Shown piece by piece: positions 12,689-24,733 of a stretch of 64,000 nucleotides of DNA (positions are counted from its first letter, which is position 1; every line of letters begins with the position of its first letter). Made by a program: the position numbers and the translations under genes. Source of the DNA: Hormiphora californensis (taxonomy: Eukaryota > Animalia > Ctenophora). Under the pieces are notes generated by a model that saw only the letters and a list, made by a program, of their open reading frames with translations, was not told the origin of the DNA and did no database searches. The stretch covers positions 7,130,001 through 7,194,000 of the forward strand of contig CM035353.1 in the NCBI GenBank assembly GCA_020137815.1, given 5' to 3'.

Positions 12689-13552
12689 GGTGCTGGGAGA
12701 GAGATTTGGTTTACTATGCCGTGTGTTTCTATATATTATCATGTTTGGACATTATTGTGTTTAGTTTTCAGGTTTTTATAGTCCAATAATAGTTCTCATG
12801 AGTGAGGACAAGCCAAGATGATATTGTGTTGATAAAGATTATTAATTATCATCAAGTGGAGTTCTTTTTGTTCCAAATGTTCCAATATGATAGCGTGTAG
12901 GTATACCGGCTTTTGTTGATGCTCGTTTTTCTTGGAAGTGTGAAACATATATCATGTGTAAACTCATTATTACAATACATGATTTAATTGAGTATATGTA
13001 ACAGTTATAATTTGATTGGCTCAACCATGCAGAAATTGTATATTCAGTACCTAACCAACTATTACCTCCTCCTTTAACTCCCTCTCTTTCCTTTATAGCG
13101 CTGTACTAGCAGAAATTCATGGCATATAACCTTCAACTGTACATGATAATATGCTGGTGTGAGTCAACTACATGACATTGCTGGTGTGAGTCTCGGAGAG
13201 CAGTATACAATTAAATTGGAGAGACCGGTTTTCTTCTACAGCTCTTTTGAAAGGTAACTCAATACTGTAATAGTTGTGTGTTATAACACACTCACTCCTT
13301 CTTTTATATTAGGAGTGTGTGACGTGTGTGTGTGTGTAGGAGTGTGTAATACATTGTGTAGGGATAGTTTCGAGCCATTTCAAGATGGTCAGAGTATTGG
13401 CATGACCCTATTTTCATTTTTTTTCTGTTTTGCACGTGGAGTGTGCGAGAACTGTGGTCAGATCATTGGCCTGACAGTTACACATGAGTTTTTGCAGCAG
13501 ACTATAATAGGGTACTAAGAAAACTTAGAAGTTCTTAGATAACAACATAAAA

Positions 13553-13591
13553 ACATCTCGTTTTGATTCTAATAGAATCAAAACGAGATGT
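13553..13591. repeat. Short perfect hairpin
   Basis: acatctcgttttgattcta-a-tagaatcaaaacgagatgt. Confidence 0.85.
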
Positions 13592-13698
13592 CAGATAACA
13601 ACTTCTACCTCCTCTTTTGTCAGACACTGACTGTACAGTGTACCGAGGTTGCGCGGCGTACACTGACTGTACACCGCGCAACCTCAGTACACAACCTC

Positions 13699-14030
13699 TA
13701 GGGTCTGACGGTCATCAACGCCGAAATGGGGAACAACGTGTTTCTGAATGTGCTTTTCAATACGAATCCAACGCAACCGGAATTAGCTTTCTATCTTGTC
13801 GGGAAGTATCGCCCCCTGATACCCCCAAAAACGTCAATTTCATGCGCGCGAGCCTATCCTTACCTGTAATTATAGGCAAATTGGCTCGCGTGCAGCCCTT
13901 TTGCCGGTTTTTGGGGGCGATACTTCCCGACAAGATAGAAAGCTAATTCCGGTTGCGTTGGATTCGTATTGAAAAGCACATTCAGAAACATGTTGTTCCC
14001 TATTTCGGCGTTGATGACCGTCAGACCCTA
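13699..14030. mobile_element. hAT-like MITE with ~115-bp TIRs
   Basis: tagggtctgacggtcatcaacgccgaa...ttcggcgttgatgaccgtcagacccta; 8-bp flanks acaacctc / gcaacctc (7/8 match). Confidence 0.85.
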
Positions 14031-14336
14031 GCAACCTCAGTACTCGCTACACGGCCTCACGTAAAGCCGTCCCTTCTGTTATTGAATACCCCCCCCCCCT
14101 TCTCCTTCGTACACCCCCTGTTATTATAATTATTATCCCTCATTTCAATTCCGTACACCCAGCTCGCAGGGCATATTATTATATAATAATTATTATATAA
14201 TATATATATCGCTTTTAAAAATATGACATAATTTCATACACACATGACCGTTGAACTAAAAAATAGCCGTTGTAATGTTGCATGACAAGACACGTGTCTT
14301 TTTCTTCCCCCTCTCTGATTTTCTCTGTCCTCTCTG

Positions 14337-14446
<110 letters not shown>

Positions 14447-14713
14447 TCCTCTACTTGGAGTTACTCGTACTCCTTTTATTCTTTCCTCCTGTTTTGTCTC
14501 CCATGAAAATTTAAAGCTGTTATCCCTACCTGATAGAATGTGAATTGTGAAATGTGAGGTAAAGTATAGTAAACGTGTGTGAATCTTGCTTTTGATTAGT
14601 ACCTTGCTAGAGTAAGCTATGATTTCACACGCTTATCCAGCTTGAGATGCACATGACAAATCACCCCCTGTTATTATAATTATCACCCCTTCATTTCAAT
14701 TGCGTACACCCAG

Positions 14714-15733
14714 GGGGTCTTTTCTGAACTTTCTTCTTAGGAAGATTCTTAACTTTCTTCTTTATAAGAAGGTTTTGCTAAGAACGTTTCCGAACATACA
14801 GATGGGAGAAATATACAATCTTCTTAGCGATTTTGTTGTTTCTGAACCTATACTTAGGAAGAAAACTCACGCTCCAAATTGGTGTCATGTGACAGTACAC
14901 AACCAATGGGGTACTAAGATTCGAATGGCGATAACCAATAGCAATCGAGCAAACATGGGGTTTAAATTGAGGTGTGAATTAGCTGGTACACACAATATTT
15001 TGGATCTATGTAGGGCGTGGGCCATGGCCTAATCATATGTATTATGCAATTGGATATGGTTCCGGTGTCAACTCGTTCCCACCCATTTCCAACAGTTGAA
15101 AAAATCTAAAGGAGATGGAATTTTGCATTTATTGCATTTTTTGGATGCTAGAGGTGTTATAATTAGAGGTACAACATGTTAATTTTATAATTTCTTCCTT
15201 TTCATTTGCATATATTTATCGTCCTATGATGCTTTAGAGTCACAGCAAGACCCATAATTTTCAATTTTTTAAATTATTACAAAAAATACCGACTACCAAC
15301 CGATTTAAATATAGCTCTATTGGATATCACGTCAACATAAAATGGTTGTATGTTCATGTATGCTTGAGCAAATTCATCATTTTTATGATATTAGCTCTAA
15401 AAATAGCCCAAAATATATGTCTAACAGAGTAAGAATCTTCCTAAGTCGGCTTAAGTAAGGTCCGGAGCTGTCCTAACTTTTCTTGCTACTTAGGAAGAAA
15501 AAAAGAGAGCTAAGAACATTCTTAGGCCGCTAAGAAGAAAATTTCAAGGACTCACGCAGTTTTAATTCAATTATAGGGGACTTAGGAAGATAATTTAGGA
15601 AAATTCTTAACGCCCAAAAAATCTTCCTAAGTGCCATGTTCGGAAACAACAATCTTCTTAACTCTCTAACTTTCTTCCTAAAACGGCCAAAAAGTTCCTA
15701 AGAATCTTCATAAACCTGTTCAGAAAAGACCCC
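14714..15733. mobile_element. Harbinger-like non-autonomous element
   Basis: TIR ggggtcttttctgaac...gttcagaaaagacccc flanked by CAG/CTG (CWG site; not an identical TSD), with internal cttagg/cctaag motifs. Absent from the paralogous unit at ~14111-14175. Confidence 0.75.
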
Positions 15734-15743
15734 CTGATCTCAG

Positions 15744-16382
15744 GGTGTCCTCCACGAAACTAAATTCAGTTTAGTGTTGAAATTTAGAAGTCAAGTTAGT
15801 GAGCGACTAATATCTCGCTAAACTTTAGATAACCGTCCACGAACAACATGTTTCGAGGCTTGGTCCGACCCATGTGATACTGAGGTGTTATACATGTGAT
15901 AGAATGCGACACCCAATGGGCACTCTCTCTTTTCCATCACGTGAAGATATCAGCGTGACATACAATAACGTGGAACGTAATGTGTGAATTGAGATAGAGA
16001 TCCACTGGCCAATCAGGACACTTGATTCTCAATGTGCGATAATTAATAGGCAGTGCCACACCTGAGAGGGGGATAACGAGAGGAGCAATGGGCATAATGA
16101 AAGGGGGAACCGGGAATGAGAGATTGGGAGATAGGAGGGAAAGAGATGGAGTTTGGGAAAGAGGGGAGAATGAGAGGGGGAATTAGAGGGGGAATGAGAG
16201 GGGGATAATGAGCGGGGGAGTGAAAGATTGGGATATAGTGGGAATGAGAGGGGGAATGAGAGGGGGAATGAGAGAATCTCTCAGAGATGGGAATGAGTTT
16301 GGGAGAGAAGAGGGAATGAGAGGGGAGTATGAGAGGGGGGACTGAGATTGGGAGAGAGGGGAATGAGAGAGAAGGAGAGAGA

Positions 16383-16419
<37 letters not shown>

Positions 16420-17091
16420 CCGAGAGACTATAAGAGAGATATATGTACTTACTTTTGATACTTTTGCTATGATTTTGCTAGTTAAACATAATACAGGCAA
16501 TTCTATCCGGTATAATATTTCATTTTGGCCCCCTAGTACATATCTTGAGAAGTACTGTCTAATTATACTCTTTCATATATCCTCTCATATTTCTGGGATA
16601 TGCACATAAGGAATTCTCTCTCTCCCTCTTATCTCGTTCCTTTAAAATGATTTTTTCAATTTTAAACAATTTCAATATCTCAAGTTCATCATGTAAGCAT
16701 GTATGTCAAAGACAGTCGTGGCCATTTTGGCAATTTTGGGTCATTTTGGGGTCGTTTTGGGAACGCATTTCCACAATAGTAAAATTTAGTTTCAATTTAG
16801 ACAGCCTTTGCGTTGGCTAAATTCTCAGCCTGTTTAGTCTAAATTTTAGTGTTATGTTAGTGGGGCTTATATGGGTTCAGTGTGAAATGGGGCGTGAAAT
16901 CACGTGACTTGTACCACGTGGAGGGGGTTTTAGTATGGAACTAATCCCTCTCTAAAACCCTACTCAAAGCACAAAAAACAAACACTAATTCTGTAGTTCG
17001 TGGACGAAATCGATAGAGCTCTCCAATTTTCACACTCAAAAGGCCTAATTAGTCGAGATCTAAAAGTTTAGTACGGTTCGTGGAGGACACC
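15744..17091. mobile_element. Harbinger-like non-autonomous element with CAG TSD
   Basis: cag|ggtgtcctccacgaa...ttcgtggaggacacc|cag; internal GA-rich tract at ~16060-16420; empty site 'gcagggcatatt' at ~14166. Confidence 0.82.
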
Positions 17092-18616
17092 CAGGGCATA
17101 TTATATATCACTGTTAAACAAATAACATAATTTCGTTAAAAGAATCTCAGCCATTGCAATTGTATGACACGCGTCTTTACTTCCCACTCTCTCACTTTCT
17201 CGCTCTCATTTTCTCTCTCTCCCTCTTCCTCCCTTTGTCCCCCTCTATGCACATCTTTGCAAACGTGATATGCTCACTCGTTCTCTTCTCAATTTTCATT
17301 TTTTCCTTACTCTTAAATTACTCGCACTCCTTTCCACCTGTTTTGTCTCCCATGAAAACTGAAAGCTTTTGTCCCTCCCTGATGGAATGTGAGGTAAAGT
17401 AGAGTAAGAGCCGGTCAGTGCAACCTCGATTCTAGAAAGTCGGAGGAGTATTATCTTTATAATGAATGCACTAATTGTAGTGCTGCCATTTGTAGGTTCT
17501 AAACCTCCACCTTCCAGCAGGAAGTCGGTAGAGGTGTTAGTGCCTCCGTCTCTGCGGCCCATTTCCGCAACACCATCAGTTCGGGACATAATATTTCAAA
17601 TTGATACACAGTATCTTGCAGCCAAAATGAATAAGTAATAACAGATACAGATACTAAATATATCACACTACAGCTCAGTATTTTTCTGTCTCAGTCTCTC
17701 CTTTTATACGTCCAGAGCATCCGAGCCACATCAGCCACGTGTCCACCTGCAGACCACACCTCTAGTTAGTGCAGTTTAGAATAAAAGAATGCAGATCTTT
17801 CATCCTTTATCTATTCATTAGCAGCAGTGCTAAATACTACGAGACATTCCGGCCCGCCCTAACTCTAACCTATATATATGCGCCGGCAATATACTACACT
17901 AATAAACTATCGGTAATCTATGTTAGGGTCGCTGACCCTCTACCCTATGCAGTTACCGTGGTATCCAATGGCTCAGGCCACTGGATACCACATAATTACT
18001 ATTAATGAGAAAATTAGAGGGACATTTATTCGTCTGGTAAATCGAGGTTTGACAACTTGGAATATGACGAATTTTGGTTTGAAGAATAACAAATAATTTA
18101 ATTCAGACCAATGAAGTGAGGTAGATCTCCTTCAGTTTCACTTAATAATAATAATAATAAGTTTTGACAACATAGTCAACTCATGTAAAAATCTCAATTA
18201 AGCTACACCCAATTCAAATTCACGCTGTATTTTTTTGTGTTAGGCAGTACACACTAACACTTAGATCTCAGCTTCTTCTGTGACTTCTCGTATTACTCAG
18301 TCCCTTTAAATGGGGTGTCTGGCATGATATGATGTAATGGGGTATGGTCTATCCGTCGGAGAGGTATCCTGGCTGTCAGGAAACATAGATGAGTAGGATG
18401 GTGTGTGAATCTCGCTTTTGATTAGTACCTTGCTAGAGTAAGCTATGATTTCACACGCTTGTCCAGTTTGAGATACAAACGACAAATCATTAAAAATTAT
18501 TATTTATTATACTTATCAGTTATCACGAATTATTTTATATCAGTCCTTTCTCCATCATAAGCAGAATAAAGTATGAATATTTCTCGGTCTAGCAAGACAC
18601 TCACGACTCCCATTCT

Positions 18617-18867
18617 CGGCGCTCTTCAACTCCGTGCTGGTGGCGGTGCTCTTCAACTGCGTTGTTTCTTTTGAGCGTTGATAACCGTTTGTTGCAGCTC
18701 TATCACCGATAAACGGTGGCGGTCCATTTCTTCCTTGCACTTAGCGTACTCTTTCTCGAGGTTTCTTCAACTCCGTGGTGGCACGGCTGCGCTCTTCAAC
18801 TCCATGGTGGCGCGGCTGCGCTCTTCAACTCCATGATGGCACGGCTGTGATCTTCAACTCCATGGTG
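18617..18867. repeat. ~30-bp degenerate tandem repeat (gctcttcaactccatggtggcgcggctgc-like)
   Basis: About six units in two blocks. Confidence 0.7.
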
Positions 18868-19489
18868 ACCTTAGTCCTACTCCTTATCACGACTCCCGTT
18901 CTTTCTTTTCAATTCTTCTGGGCAGTATTATACAATGAACTTTCCGTAAGCATTGTTATGCGATACGAACTGTGCGATATATCACGAAACTAAATAAACT
19001 TTTACAATTATTGTTACAATTATTATTGGCTGATATATTATGGATTCAATGATAAATTAAATGAACCTAAATATTATAACTTTATATACTTAATATAAAA
19101 CTATACGTCTCCATACATCTTTCACTTGATGTGATTGATGATAAGAGATCTCACTTCCATCTTGATTTGCTTCATAGTCTTTAAAACTTTGTAGCAGTGT
19201 TTCATCTTCATCAGAAGAGCTTGGAGTGGAGTCCATGGTTGCTTGGCTGTTGTTTTAGCTTCCTTCCCTCGCTCCTTCATATTTTCTCTACCTTTCTCAA
19301 TGCCGACTCCCTCAATCAAGCACATGACGTCAAATTCACTTGGGTTACTGATGATCGTTTTTGCAGGGGGAACATCCTAAGCGTCAGAGTAATGTTTAGG
19401 GGGTTCATATTAACAATTTCTAATTACTATTGCTATTATCATAGCTAAAAAGTTTAAAATAAACTTTAAAAAAAACAATATAACAATAT

Positions 19490-19637
19490 TGCCAGGAGCA
19501 TTCAGAGGGTGCTGGAGAGGCTAGGAAGGAAGGTGAACATTGGCACACTGAATAACATCTATAGATGTTATTCAGTGTGCCAATGTTCACCTTCCTTCCT
19601 TCCTAGCCCCTCAAGCACCCTCTGAATGCACCTGGCA
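19490..19637. repeat. Loopless ~72-bp-arm palindrome
   Basis: tgccaggagcattcagagggtgc...aataacatcta|tagatgttatt...gcaccctctgaatgcacctggca. Confidence 0.9.
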
Positions 19638-20087
19638 GACCCATCGACCAGGACTACGAGTACCCTGTAGGCGGGTCGGGGTATTCCTCTGATGATTGTT
19701 GACAATCGTAATCGTCTTGGGGCCCGTAAATGGTACACTTGGAGCGGTATTCTCAACGCCGGAGTGGAGTCTGGATGCTTGGCTGTTGTTTTAGCTTCCT
19801 TCCCTCGCTCCTTCATGTTTTCTCTACCTTTCTTAATGTTGATTTTCACTGCTGCTCCGTTCACCAACTCATTTCCGGAAAAACTCACTCTCAGTGGCGC
19901 TTTCTCCACGGTTTTTAAAGCATCAGGAGGTTGTAAAAATAGTTCCGGCTTTTCTTTCAAACTATAAATAGATTCTAAAACGACTGTAATAAAATTATAT
20001 CATTAGCTACTTATTTAAAGATATGTAAGTGTACCACACGTCTCAGGTAGATTGTTAGTCAGTGGCGCTTTCTCCACGGTTTGTTAA

Positions 20088-22721
20088 CCCTTTGACGGCG
20101 AGAAGGATTGGCTCAATAGAATTGTCTAATTTTTCGTTTATAAGTAGATATTATCAACACAAAACGCCTCGAAAAGGAAATTTGTAATTCCGACATGTAG
20201 TTTTTGCTGGGCCCACTGTAGCATATATGATACTATCGTCCGTAAGGGAATTCTAGTAACAAATCTAAATTGTACAAGTTTGTGGGTGTTATGGCATAAA
20301 TTCATGCTTTCATGAGGTTTGTAGCTACAAGTTCTACAATCGTGAACGGTTTTTACCAGGAAAAGAACCCAAATTAGAGATTTGTATCATATATGATACT
20401 ATCGTCCTAAGGGTAAATTCTCCTAAAACATACATAATTCGGGCTAGAAAAGGAGCTAAGAGACAAATGGGGGCACTAAAATGTGTAGAATCATCGCATT
20501 AGTGGGGGTAGAGCACATATTTAGGTCGCTATCTGGATCCTAATTGAGATAATTGAATAATTAGCTAATTATCTGTCCTGTGCGTGTTAATTATTCATGA
20601 AACTTTGCTCTGGGAAGGAGTTATGAGACAAATGGGGGCACTAAAATGTGCAGAATCATTACATTTGTGGGGGTAGAGCACATATTTAGGTCGCTATCTG
20701 GATCCATAATTAAGATAATTGGATAATTAGCTAATTAGTTGCCCTGGAGCGCTAATAAATGAGACTTTGCGGAGTATCCAAGACAAGTAGGGGCACTAAA
20801 ATGTGTAAAATCATCGCCTTAGTGGAGGTAGAGCACATATCTGAGTTTCTATTCCAACTCCTAAATGAGATAATTTGATAATTAGCTAATTGACGGTTGC
20901 ACACCGTCCATTTTTCACCAAATCCCGTGGTTTCTAGGTAATCCTGAGCTCTTTTGCTCAATCTAAGGATCTTCTGACATCCGCTAATATACCTAAACCC
21001 CTATAACCGTGTGTCCAAACAATAAATATGGGAAACTTTAGTACATTAGAGGTTGAACGTGTTTTAGGAGCAATAGGATATAACAAGAATAACTGCATTA
21101 TGTTTCATAATGCTATGTTTCCCCTCCAACCTTTGTTTTCTGATTTTCATAACCATCTAATGGGAAGGCGGGACAGGCATTTCCGATCATCTATGAATCA
21201 GTCAAACCGTATAGAACAAATCATTGTGTTTTAGTAGCACTAAATTGCGTGCCACATTGTGCGGCTCACATTTCCTGAAAACGTGCCATTGAAGTATTTG
21301 ATGAAGGAGCAACATCGTTGTCCCTCGCAACTGAGCGGGTTACGTTACAAAAAAGCGTGACACTTCACTAGTATGTAAAATAAAATTGTCGAATTCTAAA
21401 CCCCTATGCCTTTTTACAAAAGGCATCCGGGTGAATGCCTTCGGCATTCACCGGGCGGGGAAAAAATTCTATAGGATTGTAGTTGGATCTTGGATGTATG
21501 GGAGGTCTAGGATGGAGCAAGAGGGTTCTAAAGAGCTGAAGACAGTGTCTAGGGTTGTATCGAGTGCTATAATATTGTGTAAAACGAGTCAAAGGTGATA
21601 CAAATGGGGTTAGGGGTTGTGAGAAGATCCTCAGATTGAGCAAAAGAGCTCAGGATTACCTAGAAACCACGGGATTTGGTGAAAAGTGGACGGTGTGCAA
21701 CCGTCAATTAGCTAATTATCAAATTATCTCATTTAGGAGTTGGAATAGAAACTCAGCTATGTGCTCTACCTCCACTAAGGCGATGATTTTACACATTTTA
21801 GTGCCCCTACTTGTCTTGGATACTCCGCAAAGTCTCATTTATTAGCGCTCCAGGGCAACTAATTAGCTAATTATCCAATTATCTCAATTATGGATCCAGA
21901 TAGCGACCTAGATATGTGCTCTACCCCCACTAATTTGATGATTCTACACATTTTAGTGCCCCCATTTGTCTTATAACTCCTTCCCAGAGCAAAGTTTCAT
22001 GAATAATTAGCACGCACAGGACAGATAATTAGCTAATTATCCAATTATCTCAATTAGGAATACAGATAGCGACCTAAATATGTGCTCTACCCCCACTAAT
22101 GCGATGATTCTACACATTTTAGTGCCCCCATTTGTCTCTTAGCTCCTTTTCTAGCCCGAATTATGTATGTTTTAGGAGAATTTACCCTTAGGACGATAGT
22201 ATCATATATGATACAAATCTCTAATTTGGGTTCTTTTCCTGGTAAAAACCGTTCACGATTGTAGAACTTGTAGCTACATACCGCATGAAAGCATAAATTT
22301 ATGCCATAACACCCACAAACTTGTACAATTTAGATTTGTTACTAGAATTCCCTTACGGGCGATAGTATCATATATGATACGGCGCCTTAAATGTTAATAA
22401 CTCATTCAATTTTCAATATTTTTTGATGCGGCTTTTTGCATTCAGTTGGTTATGTCGAGCACTTTTATTCCTTCAAAGGATTAGTTGTGCCCCCAAAAAA
22501 CAAAAAAATGAGAAATGTTTTAAAAAAAAGGCCGAAATTAGCCTCCTTAGAAGGGCTATAAAAAATTTTTCTTGATTTTCTGAGCTGATTTGGACGTGGT
22601 TTTAGGTTCATAATCCCTAAAACTAGCTTGTGACAAAATATGGGCCACCTAGATAAAACATAAGGACTTCCAGGCCGCCTAGAATAGACTGTAGCATATA
22701 TGCTCTGTCGCCGTCAAAGGG
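20088..22721. mobile_element. piggyBac-like non-autonomous element with ~750-bp internal inverted repeats
   Basis: ttaa|ccctttgacggcga...tcgccgtcaaaggg|ttaa. Empty site 'ccacggtttttaaagcatcagg' at ~19905 in an adjacent duplicate. Internal IR ~20222-20980 / 21617-22377. Confidence 0.85.
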
Positions 22722-24733
22722 TTAAGCATCAGGAGGTTGTAAAAATAGTTCCGGCTTTTCTTTCAAACTATAAATAGATTCTGTAATAATATTATATCAT
22801 TAGCTATAAGATATATGTAAGTGTACCACACGTCTCAGGTAGATTGTTAGTCAGGCCACTTCCCTGGCTGACCTTCACCCGGGGCGTGACAAAGGACTTC
22901 GTGTAATGATGGCACATCCCATTCTTGTGGGGTGGCACACGTTTTTCTCTGGTACAAAACTCGACTCAACGTCGTCGTCTTTGTTCCGTCTAAGTGGGAT
23001 TTCTTCGGTTTTCCGGTTTCCCATGGTGTCTCCTATCTTATCACTATTACTATATCTCTAAATTATATTATCTCACGCTCTCTGTAGATCTGCATAGTCT
23101 TAGGAGATCCTGAAGTGTGGAAAACAGTAGAGCTAGTGCATCGGGGGATGCAGCTAATTTCTTGGCCCTTGCCGGGACTCCGGATGATGCGTTCAAGAAT
23201 GCAGCGATTTCGGGGGAGAGGGTGTTACCGCGGGTGCCGCTATTCGTTCCTTTGGCGTGTACTTTGCCATTACCAGTGTTACAAAGTGATCAAGCTTGTC
23301 AAGTCTGTGGAGAGAGGGAGGAAGTGGTTAGTAGGGCGTACCATTGTATGTCTGTTACTGATATAATATATGATATATCTATTCACACAGTGTGGTACCT
23401 ACTTCTGGACGTACGTGAGCTCCCTGGGCAGCATCAGTGGGTTTAGCAGTTCTCAGCGGACCCGTATCCCCCTCGCGTTTGTAGATCTGTGTAGAGTTGC
23501 CCCTACTTCGCACGTGTGGCCGGTGTGTTCTTTTTCTTCTTCTTCTAAGAGTGTCGGGTATGATACTCTAAAGAACTATCGCGACTTTCGTCATTGCGAT
23601 TTGGTCGACACTGTGTGAGTGCTCGTGAGTGACCCCCTCGGGTGTGAGCCCTTAGGTGGAACCCTCGTGGCTAGAACCCATGAGAGTTGTGAAAGAAAAA
23701 GAAGACAGCTGCGGGCTGTCCCCGCCCGGGGCAGCCCCTTCCACCTTTCTCCTCTCGGCAGGAACAGCAATGCTGGTTCCCTTTGGAGAGGGATCTAGGG
23801 TTGGGGTCTTCACGGTCGGGGCTAGGCCGCAGCTATGTGCGTGTGCTCCTCTTGTCTCTAGTCCTGGTCTCTAGTTCTGGTCTCTAGTTCTGGTCTCTGC
23901 GGCTTGTTTCGTTGATTGATACGAAAAAAGAAAGCGACTGTGTGGGACATTAGTTGTGGGATTTAGAGGATGGGAAGAATACCGAACAAGAAATCGAATA
24001 TTAAGCGCACGTCTCTGACGATTACAATTTGTTGTGTAAAATCATATAAACAATCAACCGTGGTGGGTAGAGTGACATCACACACTGTCACAGTTCACAC
24101 TCGGATAGGTAGAGTGACTTCACACGGACACACGCTGTCACCGTTCACACTGGGTAGATAGAACGTCACACGCTGTCACAGTTCACACTTGGATAGGTTT
24201 ATTGTTAAAAAAGGGTTTCTTTATTATTGAAAACGATTACAATTCATGCAGGTAGGTGGAAGGTGTCGTGAGTTTCTAACTTGGTGAATGATACATGTTC
24301 AACTTCTCCTGCTCGTCTATTCCCTTTTCCGCCCGTTCTCTATTCAGCCTATCCTACTTCTGGACGTACGTGAGCTGAGAGCTCCCTGGGCAGCATCAGT
24401 GGGTTTAGCAGTTCTCCGCGGACTCGAATGCCCCTCGCATTGGTGGATCGATGGAGGGTTGCTCCTACCTCACAAGCTTGTCCTGTTATGGAATTCTCAT
24501 AGGCCTCGTAGTCCTTTTTTTCTAGGACGAGCAGGTCTCTATGGAATAGCATTTCCCCCGTCATCTCTAGTCTGTGTGAGTCTATGTGCTCACGAGGGGG
24601 TTGGGGTTGGTACTTCCATCTGGTCCTCTTCAAGTTTTCTTCTTTTTTCAACTTCCGTCAGTGCAGTCGTCTCTCGTCCTCTTTTGTGTCCCAGTCCGGG
24701 GTATGGTGTGGGTACCTTTTGGGTCTGCCTTAA

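Noticed and set aside
18555-19960. Minus-strand gene from 30-bp repeats and KGRENMKERGKEAKTTAK segments
   Set aside because: Fragments are duplicated and interrupted; I could not build a consistent exon chain or recognise a domain.
20752-21845. Near-identical 69-aa ORFs on opposite strands
   Set aside because: By-product of the internal inverted repeat; no recognisable domain.
20460-22140. Regularly spaced repeats as a CRISPR-like array
   Set aside because: Units are long, degenerate and mirrored inside a TTAA element, with no unique spacers or cas genes, in a eukaryotic context.
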